Of a DNA stretch of 64,000 nt, positions 1-12,333 are shown piece after piece. The DNA lies in NCBI RefSeq assembly GCF_048593235.1, contig NC_133617.1, forward strand, positions 523,446,958 to 523,510,957. Reading direction: 5' to 3'. Numbering within the stretch: the first letter of the stretch is position 1; each line of letters starts with the position of its first letter. This DNA comes from Sminthopsis crassicaudata. Taxonomy: Eukaryota. The notes beneath the pieces are model-generated. The model made no database searches. It saw only the letters and a program-made list of their open reading frames with translations, and was not told the origin of the DNA. The translations under genes and the position numbers were made by a program.

Positions 1-270
1 ATTTTCACTTTTTGTTTTTGTTTGCTTGCATTTTTTTCTCATTTTCCCCTTTGTGATCTGATTTTCTTTGTGCAGCCCGATAATTGTATAAATATGTATG
101 CATATATTGGATTTAACATATATTTTAACATTTTTCACATATATTTAATTACTTGCCATTTAGGAAACGGGGGGAATTTGGAACACAAGGTTTTATAAGA
201 GCTAATGCTGAAAAATTATCCATGCATATGTTTTAAAAATAAAAGGCTTTAATAATAAAAAGAAAACAAC
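1..270 (+). mobile_element. L1 LINE 3' end (marsupial/dasyurid type), truncated by window edge
   Basis: Ends ...aaaattatccatgcatatgttttaaaaataaaaggctttaataataaaaa, the reverse complement of the L1 tail motif also seen at 37708 and 49555. Confidence 0.75.
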
Positions 271-404
271 TTTTGAGGGTTTCAGATCCCCAATAAATCC
301 AATGACCAATCATGTGTTTAGAAAACTAATTATGAATCATATTTACTACTTCTTGACAAAGAGGTGATAGATTACAGATATATAATAAGACACATCAATA
401 TATT

Positions 405-789
405 TGTGATGTCCAGGTTAGCACCCTGGATGCCTTAGAATCAGAGGGAGTCAGGATAAGCAAAAGTCCTTGGTCTTTATTCTTGGTCTTTAGGGGGAGA
501 AATGAAGGGAATGGACACAAGCTCTCCACAACCCCCCTTCTCTTCATCCACCACAAAAGTGCCTCTGGATTGTCTTACTCCACCCCCTAATCCCTCCTAC
601 AATTATCTGTATATACCAAAAGATGGAGCCAGCACAGAATAATGAGAAGGGCCATTTTCAAGCATATGCTTATATTTATTATTATATATCTTATAATATA
701 GAGAGTAGAGTATTGTCTAATGGGTAATTAGCCTTAAGTGCTCTGTTGTCTGATTCCAGTGTACCTACTCAGAATTTCAGCCCTTTACA
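405..789 (-). mobile_element. Solo LTR of an endogenous retrovirus, inserted in an older L1 3' region
   Basis: TG...CA termini; polyA signal on minus strand (tttatt ~476-481); near-TSD atatt/aaatt; GC-richer than flanks; resembles a marsupial LTR family from recall. Confidence 0.75.
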
Positions 790-2549
790 AAATTGACTTA
801 TTTTGCTTGATAATACTTATTACAAGGGAAGGCTTATTAAAATTTAGAGGAGTTGGTAGATAATAGTGATAATACCAAAAAAAAATTAAAAAAGGAAAGA
901 AAGAACTTTAATTAACCAATAAAAATAAAAAAGCAGAAAGAAGCATAAAAGTGGACAGAGACAATTAGAACAATTTAGCTACTACCATGATAAATTAAAA
1001 ACTTTTTCTAAAAAGAATAATGAAATTTCCCAATTTTATAGATGACTCTGCTTTTCTTTTTATACTGAAATGTTCATCTTTATTAATATTTGTTAAGTTG
1101 ATACAACAGGTATATCATCATCAGATATGAAAATTGATCTGCCTGCATAATACCAACCATCTCCTAATAACTATGATGATAATTTTGATACTCTTACAAA
1201 ATTTAATCAGTGTTTATTGAATTTATTGTGATTCAATGAATATCAGTGATATATTAGTGAATGAGCAGAATAGAATTAAGAGTAGGACAATTATGTTAAT
1301 GCTATTAGGATAAAAGTTATGATTGATTCATCTACCATGCATTGATGATTATTTTCATTGTATTTGATTTATCAGATAAATTCATATTGTTAGCTAGGTT
1401 TTTCAGAAGAATGTAATAAAAATGTAATTGTTATTCCACAACCCATTCCAAGCATAGTATTTGTAATAAAAATTATTTTCTCTTTACCTTTGTGGATCAT
1501 TTCTACCCATTTCTTAGTGATTTTTGCTTCAAAACTACTTTCTTGGATCCTAATATACTTTTAGTCAAACACTAATGATTGATGGACTTCCAAAGGCCCA
1601 AAACCTTGAGATAGGGTCTAATAACCTTTAGAAAATTCTCATTGATGTGAATTGTGAAAGGCCAAGACCATTCTGACAGGGTCTCATGACCACTATTAAT
1701 GGTTTGTTAATTGATTAACAGTTCCTTTAGTCAGTCATGGAAAGCCCCCACTTCTGAAGATTAGCCAGTCATAAGAGTTTTCTCACACTTCTAAAGAAAT
1801 TTTCCAAAGACTAGAGGATTTCCCAGGAAACTCCTCAAGATCTCTAAAATCTTTTTGAACTTTAGCATCAGGATCCCTGACAATGAGAAAATCTTGAACC
1901 CAACTGATTAGGGACCATCAGACTCCCTAAAAAGTTGATGGATCATATTCAGAACTTTGTCTAAGTGACTTTTATCACAGATTGAAATTTTGTGGTTCAG
2001 AGAACAGTGGGCAAAATTATGATATGAAGATCTCATAGAAACTATGTAGGATGACTCAGATTATTTTCTGTCCAAAGTTTCATGTGTATTATAACAAAGA
2101 TTTTTATACTTCTCATCTAAATATTCATTATTAACTGATGGATTCCATTATAAATCAATGAAAGTATTAGTTAAGCTGATATAGGATAGTTACTAGAGAT
2201 ACAAATACAAAAGGGTAACAATTCCTGGCCTCATTTTTTTTTACACAATGAGAGAATGCTCAATGTAACACTAATATCTAAAATCTAGAATCATATGAAC
2301 ATAGTTTATGAGTAGATAGAAATTTAAATAAATGACACACAAAAAGAAAGGAGGAACAAAAGTAAAGCATAACTGACAATACATGTTTTAGAGCAGTTTA
2401 CTTACATTATATAATAATAAAAAATAATTGCATCTTCCATAACTAGAATAAAAAGAACTAATGTGCATTCTCAATTTTCTGAACAATTTTTTGGTAGCAT
2501 CACAGAGAACTGAACTGAATAGATTAAGGTAGTCTATGTTTCATGTTTC

Positions 2550-2960
2550 ACTTGGCAAATGCTGGATAGGGAGTCAGGGTAAGATAAAACCAACCTATGC
2601 CACTAATGAGCTCTATCTGTGATCTTGAGTAAATCATTGAATTTTGTTGGGTCTCAGTTTCCTCATCTGAAAAATGCAGAAGGGCTGGGATAGCTAAAGT
2701 GATTTGTAAGATCCATCTCAGTCTGAGATTGTCTTAGTCTATGAGATAGCTATATGGTAGAGTGAATCAGAAAGGCCTGCCTTTGAATGTTGTCTTAATT
2801 ATTAGCCTAGGTGACCCTAGTAAAGTCATTTAACCTCATCTATAAAACAAAACTAGTAATAACAACTGCCTCCAACAGTTGTGAGAATCAGATGTGATAA
2901 TGTATGTAAAGCACTTTGCAAATCTTAAAGCACTATATAAATGTTAGCTATTATGATCTT
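2550..2960 (+). mobile_element. Two adjacent MIR/CORE-SINE relics
   Basis: CORE motifs gggtctcagtttcctcatctgaaaaatg and aacctcatctataaaac...aatgtatgtaaagcactttg. Confidence 0.75.
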
Positions 2961-5250
2961 AATTATACAACACCATAAGAAAACTATACAACCTGAGCCT
3001 TCATCCAATGTCTCATTTTTAATGGGCTTCTATAATTACAGATGCTTCCCTCCTGTTCTGTAATCATTTGTAAAACTTGCTGAGCTATTTGCCTCAATAA
3101 CATCCTGAGCCAATAGAGCAGGGGTTTAAAATACAGGCTGTCCTAGTAAAACAAATGACAGAGTGTATGAACTAGGAACACAATTAAGAGCTGCTGTAAA
3201 AGGAACTTCTGAGCTGTTATCTGACAGCAGACAGGGATATTTCAGGGTTTACCAAAACAGAGGCAATCATCTGCACAACCATAAAAGAGCCTCCATTACC
3301 ATGGCAGGAAATCAAAACTGTAATAAATTTAAAAAGAAAATCACAAAGTGGGAAAATATTATACCAGCTCATGAAATGAGAAGCAGCTGTGTAAAGCAAT
3401 TGCAACACTGGCCAAGCAAGTACAGCATGACCTTAACTGGTGATCAATATGGAATTTAGGAAGGGTTTGAAAATAATACAAATGACACTAACCCCTAGTG
3501 ATTAGTCAAAGCCTAAATCCTATTTTGACGTTAATTTTAAAATAATAAGAAAGAGAACCATGTGGATGGCAGTCAGACTTCAATTATTTTCAATTTATGA
3601 ATCACTAAGAATACCAACTATCAGCAGCCTATGGAAGGTCATTGTTTCCAAAATTTGAAGTCAGTGAAAGGGGTGGGAAGTGCAACAAATGTCTTGACCT
3701 ACAGGCTTTTTTTTTTTTTTTAAATATTGAGATGATCCTCAAGACTTTATTACCTCCTGGGACTAATAGTTCAGGCCTTCAACATCACTTCCTGATCGTG
3801 TGAGTACCAAATAATCATAAAGAATCCAGTTGATCTCTGATGCTTGGCTAGTAGACTACAGTGAGTAACTCAGAAATTGGGAAGCTTTACTCAATCAACT
3901 CACAGAAACTTTGTTTCATATATCTTGTTAAATATCCTTCCCTTGCTGTAGCTAAGCAAATCTATTAACTGTTGAATGTCCTGTAAGTTACTTACTTCAT
4001 TCTAAAAGAAATATATACTATCAACAGATTGTCCCGAGTCAGTCCCAGCCTAGAACAGAGAGCGATTAAATTTAATTTAATTGGAATGAGGTGACAATGG
4101 ATAGAGCTCTGACTCTGGATTGAGTTTAAATATAGCCTCAAACTGTATTTGCATACACAGTAGCTGTGCAATACTGAACAAGTCACTACCTCAGTCTCCT
4201 CAATTTAAAAAATGGAGATAATAACAGTACCTTCCCACAAGAGTTGTTGTGAAGATTAAATGAGGTGAATTTTTTTTTCTCTCTCTCTAGATGTGGATGC
4301 CGTTTTTCCATTTAAAGTTTATTAGGATTGCTGTGGATCACTGAACTGCTGAGAAGAACCAAGTCTATCACAGTTGATCATTGCACAATCTTACTGTTAG
4401 TGACAATGTATTCCTGTTCTGCTAGTTTTGATGAAGATATTTTTAAAGCACTTAGCACAGTGTTTGCACAAAATGTATATTTAATAAATGCTTGTTCCTT
4501 TCATTGTTAATGGAGATCATACCCCACTTCTTTGCAGGAGAGTGGAATGGAACATTGGTCTCAAAGAATCTAAATTCAAGTGGCTTTACCACTTATAACT
4601 CTGTGACTTTGACGAAGGCAAATTCCATCTCTGAGCTTCTATTCCTTTCTTTATAAAATGTACATGAAAATAATGCTTTAAATGTAATCCCTCCCAGGGT
4701 TGTTGTGAGGATCCAAATGAGACCATGGATGTTAAAGCCCTATATACAATAGAACTATTATTATTCTTCAGTTTACTTTCAGCAGACACAGGCAATGGAT
4801 AAACTATTCCACTTCTTTTTCACTCACTTGACACAATGCCAATGGCAAAATGTCTTGAATACTAGCTTATTCTCAGACTAAGGCAGCAAGTTCAACTGAG
4901 CTATTCACTTGGTAAACATAAGGTTATTCTGCCTCAGAGTACCGAACCTTATAACTGAACCAAGAATTCTCCTGTGACTGCAGTTACACATTTAGGGTCA
5001 GTTCAACAGATTTATTTTGTGAAAACCCTTAGGGTTACCATACACAGTCAGCATAATAAGAAAGAATTGAGAAAGATGTTGTAAACAAAGAGAAAAGGAA
5101 GAGTTTTCCCTTCTAGGTACTCTTGGCTTTCTTTTCTATTATCTCATAGAAGATATCTTATGAATGAATTGTCTAAATATTCATTTCCCATGATCCTTCC
5201 TCTAGCCACAATACAATATTCCCTGATTCTACTGTGTGTTCATTTTATTG

Positions 5251-5480
5251 CTGCTATTCAGACATTTCAATCATGTCCAACTCTTCATGATCCCATTGGA
5301 GGTTTCTTGGCAAAAATACTAGATTGGTTTGCCATTTCCTTTTCCAGCTCATTTTACAGAGAATAAACTGAGGCAAACACGGTTTAATGACTTGCCCAGG
5401 AATATACAGTTTTTAAGCATCTGAGACCAGATTTCAAGCCAGGGCTTCCTAACTCCAGTCTAATGCTCTACCCACTGTGG
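5251..5480 (-). mobile_element. MAR1-type marsupial SINE
   Basis: Reverse complement of the diagnostic tail (ttcttggcaaaaatactagattggtttgccatttccttttccagctcattttacag) plus CORE region. Confidence 0.85.
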
Positions 5481-5569
5481 TCATGCTTATCCATGATGAT
5501 GGTAAGGATGATAATGAGTCTATATGCATATAATAGCTCAAAATTCTACAATTCCTTACAATTCACAAA

Positions 5570-6690
5570 ATACTTTCCTCCAAAAACATTGTGAGATAGG
5601 TAGCACTGGATTATCTCTATTTTACAGAAGAGGAAACTAATACTCAGATATGTTGGATGACTTGTTTAAAGTCACAAGCAGCAGTACTCATATTTAAATC
5701 TAGATTTTCAAACTCCAAGCTGTCTTCTCTTTTTTGAAAAATCTAGAATTACAAAAGAAGGTTTATATAGCTTTTTGATAAGATTCCTTTATCTAATTAA
5801 TATTCTCAGTGTCTTTAAAATATAATTAATTTTGTCAAATTCAAATTACTTATAACCTTTTCAAATTAAAAAATGTATTGATTAAAGGGATACTCACTAG
5901 ACTGTTCTAATTGTCCCAAAATTTGTATTCCTATATATATATAAATACCTAATATTCATATAGCACTGCAAATTTTGCATACATCATCCCAGCTGATATT
6001 CACAACATTTACATTGCACTTTCTTTGTGCCAGTTATTATGCTAATTGCTTTACAAATATAATGTCATTTGAGCCTCACAACAACTCTGGAAGGTTGGTG
6101 CTATTATAATCCCCATTGATACAGATAGGAAAATTGAGTCTAAGATAGGTAAAGTGATTTATCTACAATCTACAATCAAGCAAGTAGTGTCTGAGGTCAA
6201 ATTTTAACTCAAGTCTTCCTGATACCAAAACCACTTAGCTACTTTTACTTAACTTAAATTGCAATTTAAATTAATTTTTGACCTTGACAGTATATAAAGT
6301 ATTTTTAGACTATTAAGAAGATTTACATCTGTTTTAACTTTTAGAAAACATCTGTATTCCTTGTCTTACAATAGATATAGATGTATTATTTCATTATAGC
6401 ACATATACATGATATATTTCATCACATCACATATATATGTGATAATGTATCTAATTAATATACATATGTATATATGAGATTGGATATATAAGCAAGTCTG
6501 TGTATATATATTTGTATATTATATACACATATCATTATAGTTATATATAATAGAATCATAGATTTGGAGCCAGAAGGGATCTTGAAGTCCAAATGCAAAC
6601 TCTTTTCTTTTTATAGCTAAGAAAACTGAGACAGAAATAGATTGAGTCATATGCTAATAAGTATCTGGGTCTTCCTCACTCCATGTGCAG
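5570..6690 (-). mobile_element. Three MIR fragments (~5570-5720, ~6030-6230, ~6545-6690)
   Basis: Repeated tttacagaNgaggaaactga / aagtgattt / aagtcttcctga motifs. Confidence 0.7.
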
Positions 6691-7012
6691 TCTACTGCCT
6701 CTACTTCATCAAATTTCTCTTAAGTTGGGGGGGGAGGGAAGAAGGAAAATTATGTAATATCAGAAATGAATTTCAGGACTGATTAAATGGCTTTCAAATG
6801 TATAAGAAAATGTTGATGTACCATGAGTTAAGTTTTATTTTCAATAATGTCTACACAGTACAAAGTAAGTGCACACCTAATCCAACTTTACAGAACAATG
6901 TGTTTTAGAGAGAATTTGTCATGAAGTGGATAATGATCTACCAAAGAAATCAAAGAAGGAGAAATTAAATAGGTAGTATAACTAAAAGAGAAATATAAAT
7001 GGATTAACATAA

Positions 7013-7366
7013 TGTTGTGCCACAGTTCCCTTTTATTGGCCTGACTCATTTTCCCTAATTGTCCTGACTCAGTTTCCCTAAATTGTCCTGCCTCACCTTC
7101 CCTAAATTGTCCTGCCTCAGCTTCCCTGAATTGTTCTGCTCAATACTGCAACACCACCCCTCCCTCCTAATCATGATGATTCAAATAAGGAGAAAGACCT
7201 TCTATCTTAGACATCATCAGAATGTTGGGTGCCTGTTCCCATCCCAACTTATCAGCATGTCCAGTGCCTCCCCCAACCCTGTCAGAACCAAATTGATAGT
7301 CCATTCCTGCTCTCATCACTCTGACTCTGCCCCTGCCTGGGTCTACCCCTGTAGTTGAGCCATGTG

Positions 7367-7421
<55 letters not shown>

Positions 7422-7563
7422 TTCCTAGGAAGCATACATGAGCTGCTGGATGCTTTGGACATCAGCCTTGGGGGCAACATGCCCCCAGCACAATCTCTCC
7501 CTTTCAAATAAAATATTAAAAACTCTCTAATCTCTATCTTGCCTCAGTTTCTCCAGCATTACA
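7013..7563 (+). mobile_element. Solo LTR, ERV1-like (4-bp TSD)
   Basis: TG at 7013 and CA at 7562-7563, flanked by exact TSD ataa (7009-7012, 7564-7567); AATAAA at ~7507; tandem ~24-bp repeats in U3; TA-rich TATA region. Confidence 0.85.
7374..7420. repeat. (TA)n microsatellite inside the LTR
   Basis: Direct inspection. Confidence 0.95.
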
Positions 7564-7758
7564 ATAAGAAGTAGACATCATATAAAATCTATTTTAGCAC
7601 TAAAACTACTTAGCCGTAGTTGATATGGTTCTGAAAACTCCAGAGAAGACTCAGGAAAGACAGAGAAGAGAGAAGGCCCAAGCTAGATAAATGAACAATC
7701 TTTCCCTAAATCTTTACTTATCCTCCAGAAAGGAATCTATTCAATAAGCAATATAAAA

Positions 7759-8052
7759 CCAGGGGTGATGAAACAGGCCTGTAATCCCTGCTACTAAGAA
7801 GGCTGAGTCCAGTACATCTCTTGAACTCTAGAGTTCTAAACTATAATAATTTATATTTATTGAGTGTCTGCATTAAGTAAGGTGTTTGTGTGGTGAGCCC
7901 ACAGAAGCAGAGGGTCACCAGGTTGCTTGGGAAGGAGTAAGCCAGCCTATGTTAAAAATTGATCAGGCTAAATTTCCCATACCACAATCAGTGGTGGAAT
8001 TGGGCAATGATTAGTCTCTTTAATTTCATCCTGAGTTAGGGAGGCTACCTTC
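7759..8052 (+). pseudogene. RN7SL: Full-length 7SL (SRP RNA) retrocopy or 7SL-derived SINE, degenerate
   Basis: Colinear with 7SL over ~295 nt: gcctgtaatccctgctactaagaaggctgag (Alu domain), tggtgagcccacagaagcagagggtcaccaggttgcttgggaagg (S domain), then A-rich/AGAC tail. CpGs are decayed. Confidence 0.85.
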
Positions 8053-8299
8053 AAGATAAACAAAGACAGATAAGTGATAGATAGACAGACAGACAGATGA
8101 ATAAGTGATAAAATCCAAATTGAATGATTAAATAATAAAGCCTAATGCAGGAAAAATGTGCCTGAGTATATGAGTTTGATTTCAAGTATTATGGAAGTCT
8201 CCAGTAACCAAATTCTAGGGTTCATGCCGAAAATCCCAGTTTTAGAGCTTCCTTTTTGCCATTAAGTTTTAGATCTCTATTAGAAGGCAAGCCTACTTA

Positions 8300-8540
8300 A
8301 AAAGGCAGGAAGGAGATAAGCATTTACTAAGCTTCTACTATATATCAGACACTGAGCTAAGTGTTTTATAGTTATTATTTCACAATAACTCTGTGAGATA
8401 GGTGCTGTTATCATCCTCATTTTACAAATGAATAGACAGGCTAAGTGATTTGCCAAGGGGCTTAAAGCCAGTAAATGTCTGAAGTGAGATTTGAATTGAG
8501 GTTTTCCTGACTCTGGCTCCAACATTCTATCCACTGAGAA
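8300..8540 (-). mobile_element. MIR with L2-type tail
   Basis: catttactaagcttctacta...cctcattttacaaatg...aagtgatttgccaagg...gttttcctgactc. Confidence 0.8.
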
Positions 8541-8679
8541 GGTAACTGACTCAGAATAATAGCAGTTTATAAAACAAATAACACATTACCTATTTAATCA
8601 CTACTTCTGCTCATAAGGCCATCTCACTTATTACATATAACTTTAGTCTAGAAATTACAAACACAACATGAATTTGATA

Positions 8680-9900
8680 TGATTGACCATGCTTTTATTC
8701 TGGAAATCTCTTCTTTGGGGTTTTGGGTCATTGCTCTGGAGTATCCTATTTCATTTCTCCTTCCTTGATTCCTTTGGTAGATTGTCATCCACTTCATTTT
8801 CTCTAATTGGATATTTTTGGATATTCTGTCCTAGCAAGCCTTTTCTTTTCTCTTTAAATTCTCTCACTTAATGACTTCCTTAGTTTTTATGGATTTAATT
8901 ATCATCCTTATGCAGAACACAAAACATATATAGCCAGCCTCAGTGTCTCTCTTGAGCTGTTGACCTGTATCACTAAATGCCTATTAGACATTTCAAACTG
9001 GATGAATCCTAAAGGCATTTCAAACTCAACATGCCCCAAATAGTCATTTTGTGGTCTTCCCAGACTAATCTTCTTTTAAAGTTCCCTATTTCTTTTGAGG
9101 ATACTACCATTCTTAAAATTACCCATGCTTGTAACCTGAATGTCAAATCAACTCCTCACTCTCACTCAGTCCCACTCACTTCATATAACTGATAGGAAAA
9201 TCTCATCATTTACTGCACAGCTCTCATTTTTGTTCCCTTCTCTTTATCCATGTAGCCACCATCTTTGTACAGGTTCTCATTTCTAGACTAATAAAATGTG
9301 CTACTAATTGGTCTACCTGCCTCAATTCTCACCCCATTGCAATATATTCTCCACATGGCTACCAACTTAAGAGTCCAAAAATGAAGGTCTGATTATGTCA
9401 TTCCTCATTCTTAATAATAAACTCCAGTGATTCCATATTGGCTCTAGGTTCAAATATAAACTTTTCTAGTTGGAATTTAAAATCCTTCACAACCTGACCC
9501 AAATTCCTTCCAGTGTTATTACACATTATGCTTCTTGTTCACTATCTTTTAGTCATACAGGCCTTATTGTTTTACATATATAACATACCTTTTCCCATTG
9601 TGATGCCTTTGTCTCAGCTGTTTCCCATGTCCTTCCTCCTCATGTCATCCTAGTCTGCTTCAGGACTAAGTTTCATCTTCTACATAATGTCTTTTCTGAT
9701 CCCCAATATATTGACCTAATTCCTCATCATAATCTTTTATCAATTTTTAAAATAAACCTGTAATGAACAAATGATGTATTTCCAATATAAAGTAAGTTCC
9801 TTGAGAGAAGAGATTGATTCATTTTGTTTTTTATATCCACCAAGCACCAAGCACACTGTCCTGTACACAGCAAGCACTTAAATACTGGTTAATTAATTAC
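8680..9900 (+). mobile_element. L2 LINE fragment (ORF2 3' part and tail)
   Basis: Pyrimidine-rich; tttcaaactcaacatgcccc, aaactccagtgattccatattgg, gtaagttccttgagag...cacagcaagcacttaaat. Confidence 0.85.
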
Positions 9901-9949
9901 TCAACTTAAATCCTAGATAAAGAAAGAAATGGTAAGAGAACATTTTGCT

Positions 9950-10110
9950 GCCCTTGATTCATTCAAATTACTTGGCATAAATGGTCTTCCTGCTTATTCC
10001 CATATCCTTCTGGGTACTGAAAGAATTAGCAGATGGGATTGCTAAATTATTGTCAGCAATATTCAAAAGACCATGGAAAAGAGAAGAGGCCCAACATTGG
10101 AGGAGGTATA
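9950..10110 (+). mobile_element. CR1/L3 RT fragment
   Basis: gggattgctaaattattgtcagcaatattcaaaagaccatggaaaagagaagaggcc resembles the CR1 motif 'IAEPLSVIFERSWRTGEVP'. Confidence 0.6.
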
Positions 10111-12206
10111 GAGGAAAGTCTTTAATCAATCCTAAGTATTTACTGAATGCCTAATGTATGCTGTGCACAACATGTGGCTCAAATATGTGGCTTAATGTTA
10201 CAGGTGATATAGAAGTATAAAACATATTCCTGAACAAAATTGTTTCAAATTTATAATAATCATTGATGAATATATCACTCAATCTTGTACAGGATATAAC
10301 AGAAGAAATGTAACTTAGCTAAAAGGAATCATTAGAGGCAACCTGGTAAAGTAGAGAGATCATCTACAAGCTGATATTCCCTGATTTACATGTCTTCTTT
10401 GAACCAAATTTGCTATGTGACCTTAGGAAAATCATTCAACTTGTCAGTGCTCAAGGCAACTTTTTTAGAGTTTCCTGACCTGGAAATTCTTTTTACTAGT
10501 GGTGTGAAAATGCAAAGAAAAAAAAGAAAAAAAGAAAAAGAACTGATAAATAGAAATATATTTGTATCTAATGGCAGCCAACTCCAGAGGGGGGGAAAAA
10601 GAAATTTACATAATAATTTTATTGTGTATTTAAAAGAAATAGCTAGTTGTACATAGCAGATTACACTTTCATGGAAACATTTTTAAATGACATTATGTTA
10701 TGGAAATGTTTATTTTATTCAGAAATTTAAAATTGATGAATTTGTTAAAAGAAATTCAAATGGACTTGCCCTATTAATCCATACATTAGGATTTTTGTGG
10801 GCCATATGACTCAGCTTTAAATTTTCCTATTGTCCTTGTTTTATTGTTTTTATTTTTATTTTGTTAAAATATTTTCCAATTATCTAATTAATCTAAATTA
10901 GGTGGCACTCAGGAGTGTCATTGAATACATGGAGCCTACATTTGGTAACTCTCTTCTTTTTCCATGAAATCACAGTCCTTAACCCTAAGAGAAAATCACC
11001 AAAATCTGAGTAAAGATCTTTCCTGTGGAAAAATCCAAGCTTTGATTAAAAATAAAAAGAGTAAACCAGAGATTAGGCTATATTAAATCAAAATTGACAG
11101 AAAAAAAAAAAACAAACAAACAAATCTAATCGGAAGAGGAGAGCTAAAGCAGTTCTCTAAAGCCAGAAAAGTTTACTGCAGTGTGAGAGGAAAAATTACC
11201 TGGAGGGGAAGTCAAAGGAATGTTTTTTCCAACGAAGCTTTACTTGCCTAAGGCAAATGCCTCTAAGGCAACAGTATTCTCACTATATCCTAGTCTACTC
11301 CGTTGTTCCACAGAGTCTTTGGCCTCAATTAGTATATATTATAACTGGGAAGACCAGACTAACACTTCTGAAACAAGAGCAAACAATATGAAATAATGCA
11401 TTTACCATTGGCTCATCTATAGCAAATATTTATGCATCTACAATACCTTTATGACCAAAGTACTTATTTCTTAAAACTTCAGATCTAATCTGACTTCTCC
11501 CTTTCTTTATACATTATACCTACTACCTTTGCTCCCTGCTTTTCCCTTCGGTTTGGGTTCAACTTCTTGAGTTTTTGAGATCTACTTGAGTTTCTGAGAT
11601 CTATTAACAATAGGATTTCAAGACTTTCAAAAAGCCATCCTCACAAAATAATCCTGTGGGGTAATTAATGTACTATTATTCATATCATTTAACCATTATC
11701 TTTCCTGTTTTATTGATGAGAAAACTGTCTTTGGAAAAATTAGGTGTAAAAGGTTTATTCTGGCCCCTAGTGGTGGGAGACTAGATTATATTTCCACCCC
11801 TGATCCAGGGTTCTCTTACTACTCTTAGAGACAAGTTTGAGGGAATAAGGGATTTCTTTGCATTTTCACACCACTAGTAAAAAGAATTTCCAGGTCAGGA
11901 AATTCTAAAAAAGCTGCCTTGAGCACTGACAAGTTGAATGATTTTCCTAAGGTCACATAGCAAATTTGGTTCAAAGGAGACATGTAAATCAGGGAATCTC
12001 AGTTTGTAGATGATCTCTCTATCTACTTTACTGTGTTGCCTCTAATGACTCCTTTTAGCTAAGTTATATTCCTTCTGTTATACCCTGTACACGACTGAGT
12101 GAGATATTCATTAATCTCATTGATTCGAGTGACATCAGTAAAACAATGGAAGTTAGAAATAAAGAAAAATATGCAATTGTTTTGTTATATGATTTCAGAC
12201 TACAAA

Positions 12207-12333
12207 CTAGGCGTTGCAGACTTGACTCCAAAGTCCTGTGATTATTAGGAAAAGGGGAAAAACCGTCTGTGGCCAGAATGTACTGAAATTACTGCAGTTG
12301 TCAATGAAATCAGCAAAAGCAGTGATCTTTTCC
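12207..12333 (-). CDS. Candidate terminal coding exon of an unidentified gene (alternative acceptors at 12333 or 12235)
   Basis: From 12333 it reads EKITAFADFIDNCSNFSTFWPQTVFPLFLIITGLWSQVCNA*. A stronger acceptor (ttttccccttttcctaataatcacag) at 12235 gives (G)LWSQVCNA*. Lies in non-repeat DNA with several retained CpGs. No homologue recognised. Confidence 0.25.

Noticed and set aside
6859-6864. Plus-strand 6-nt microexon-like motif (acag|TACAAA|gtaagt)
   Set aside because: Weak pyrimidine tract; such motifs are expected by chance at this AT content.
7040-7140. Short tandem repeats that could suggest a CRISPR-like array
   Set aside because: Eukaryotic DNA; units abut without unique spacers and are LTR U3 repeats.
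11745-11870. 126-bp TGTAAAA...TTTTCACA segment interrupting a MIR
   Set aside because: Only a 7-8 bp imperfect inverted end and no TSD; cannot support a MITE or LTR call.
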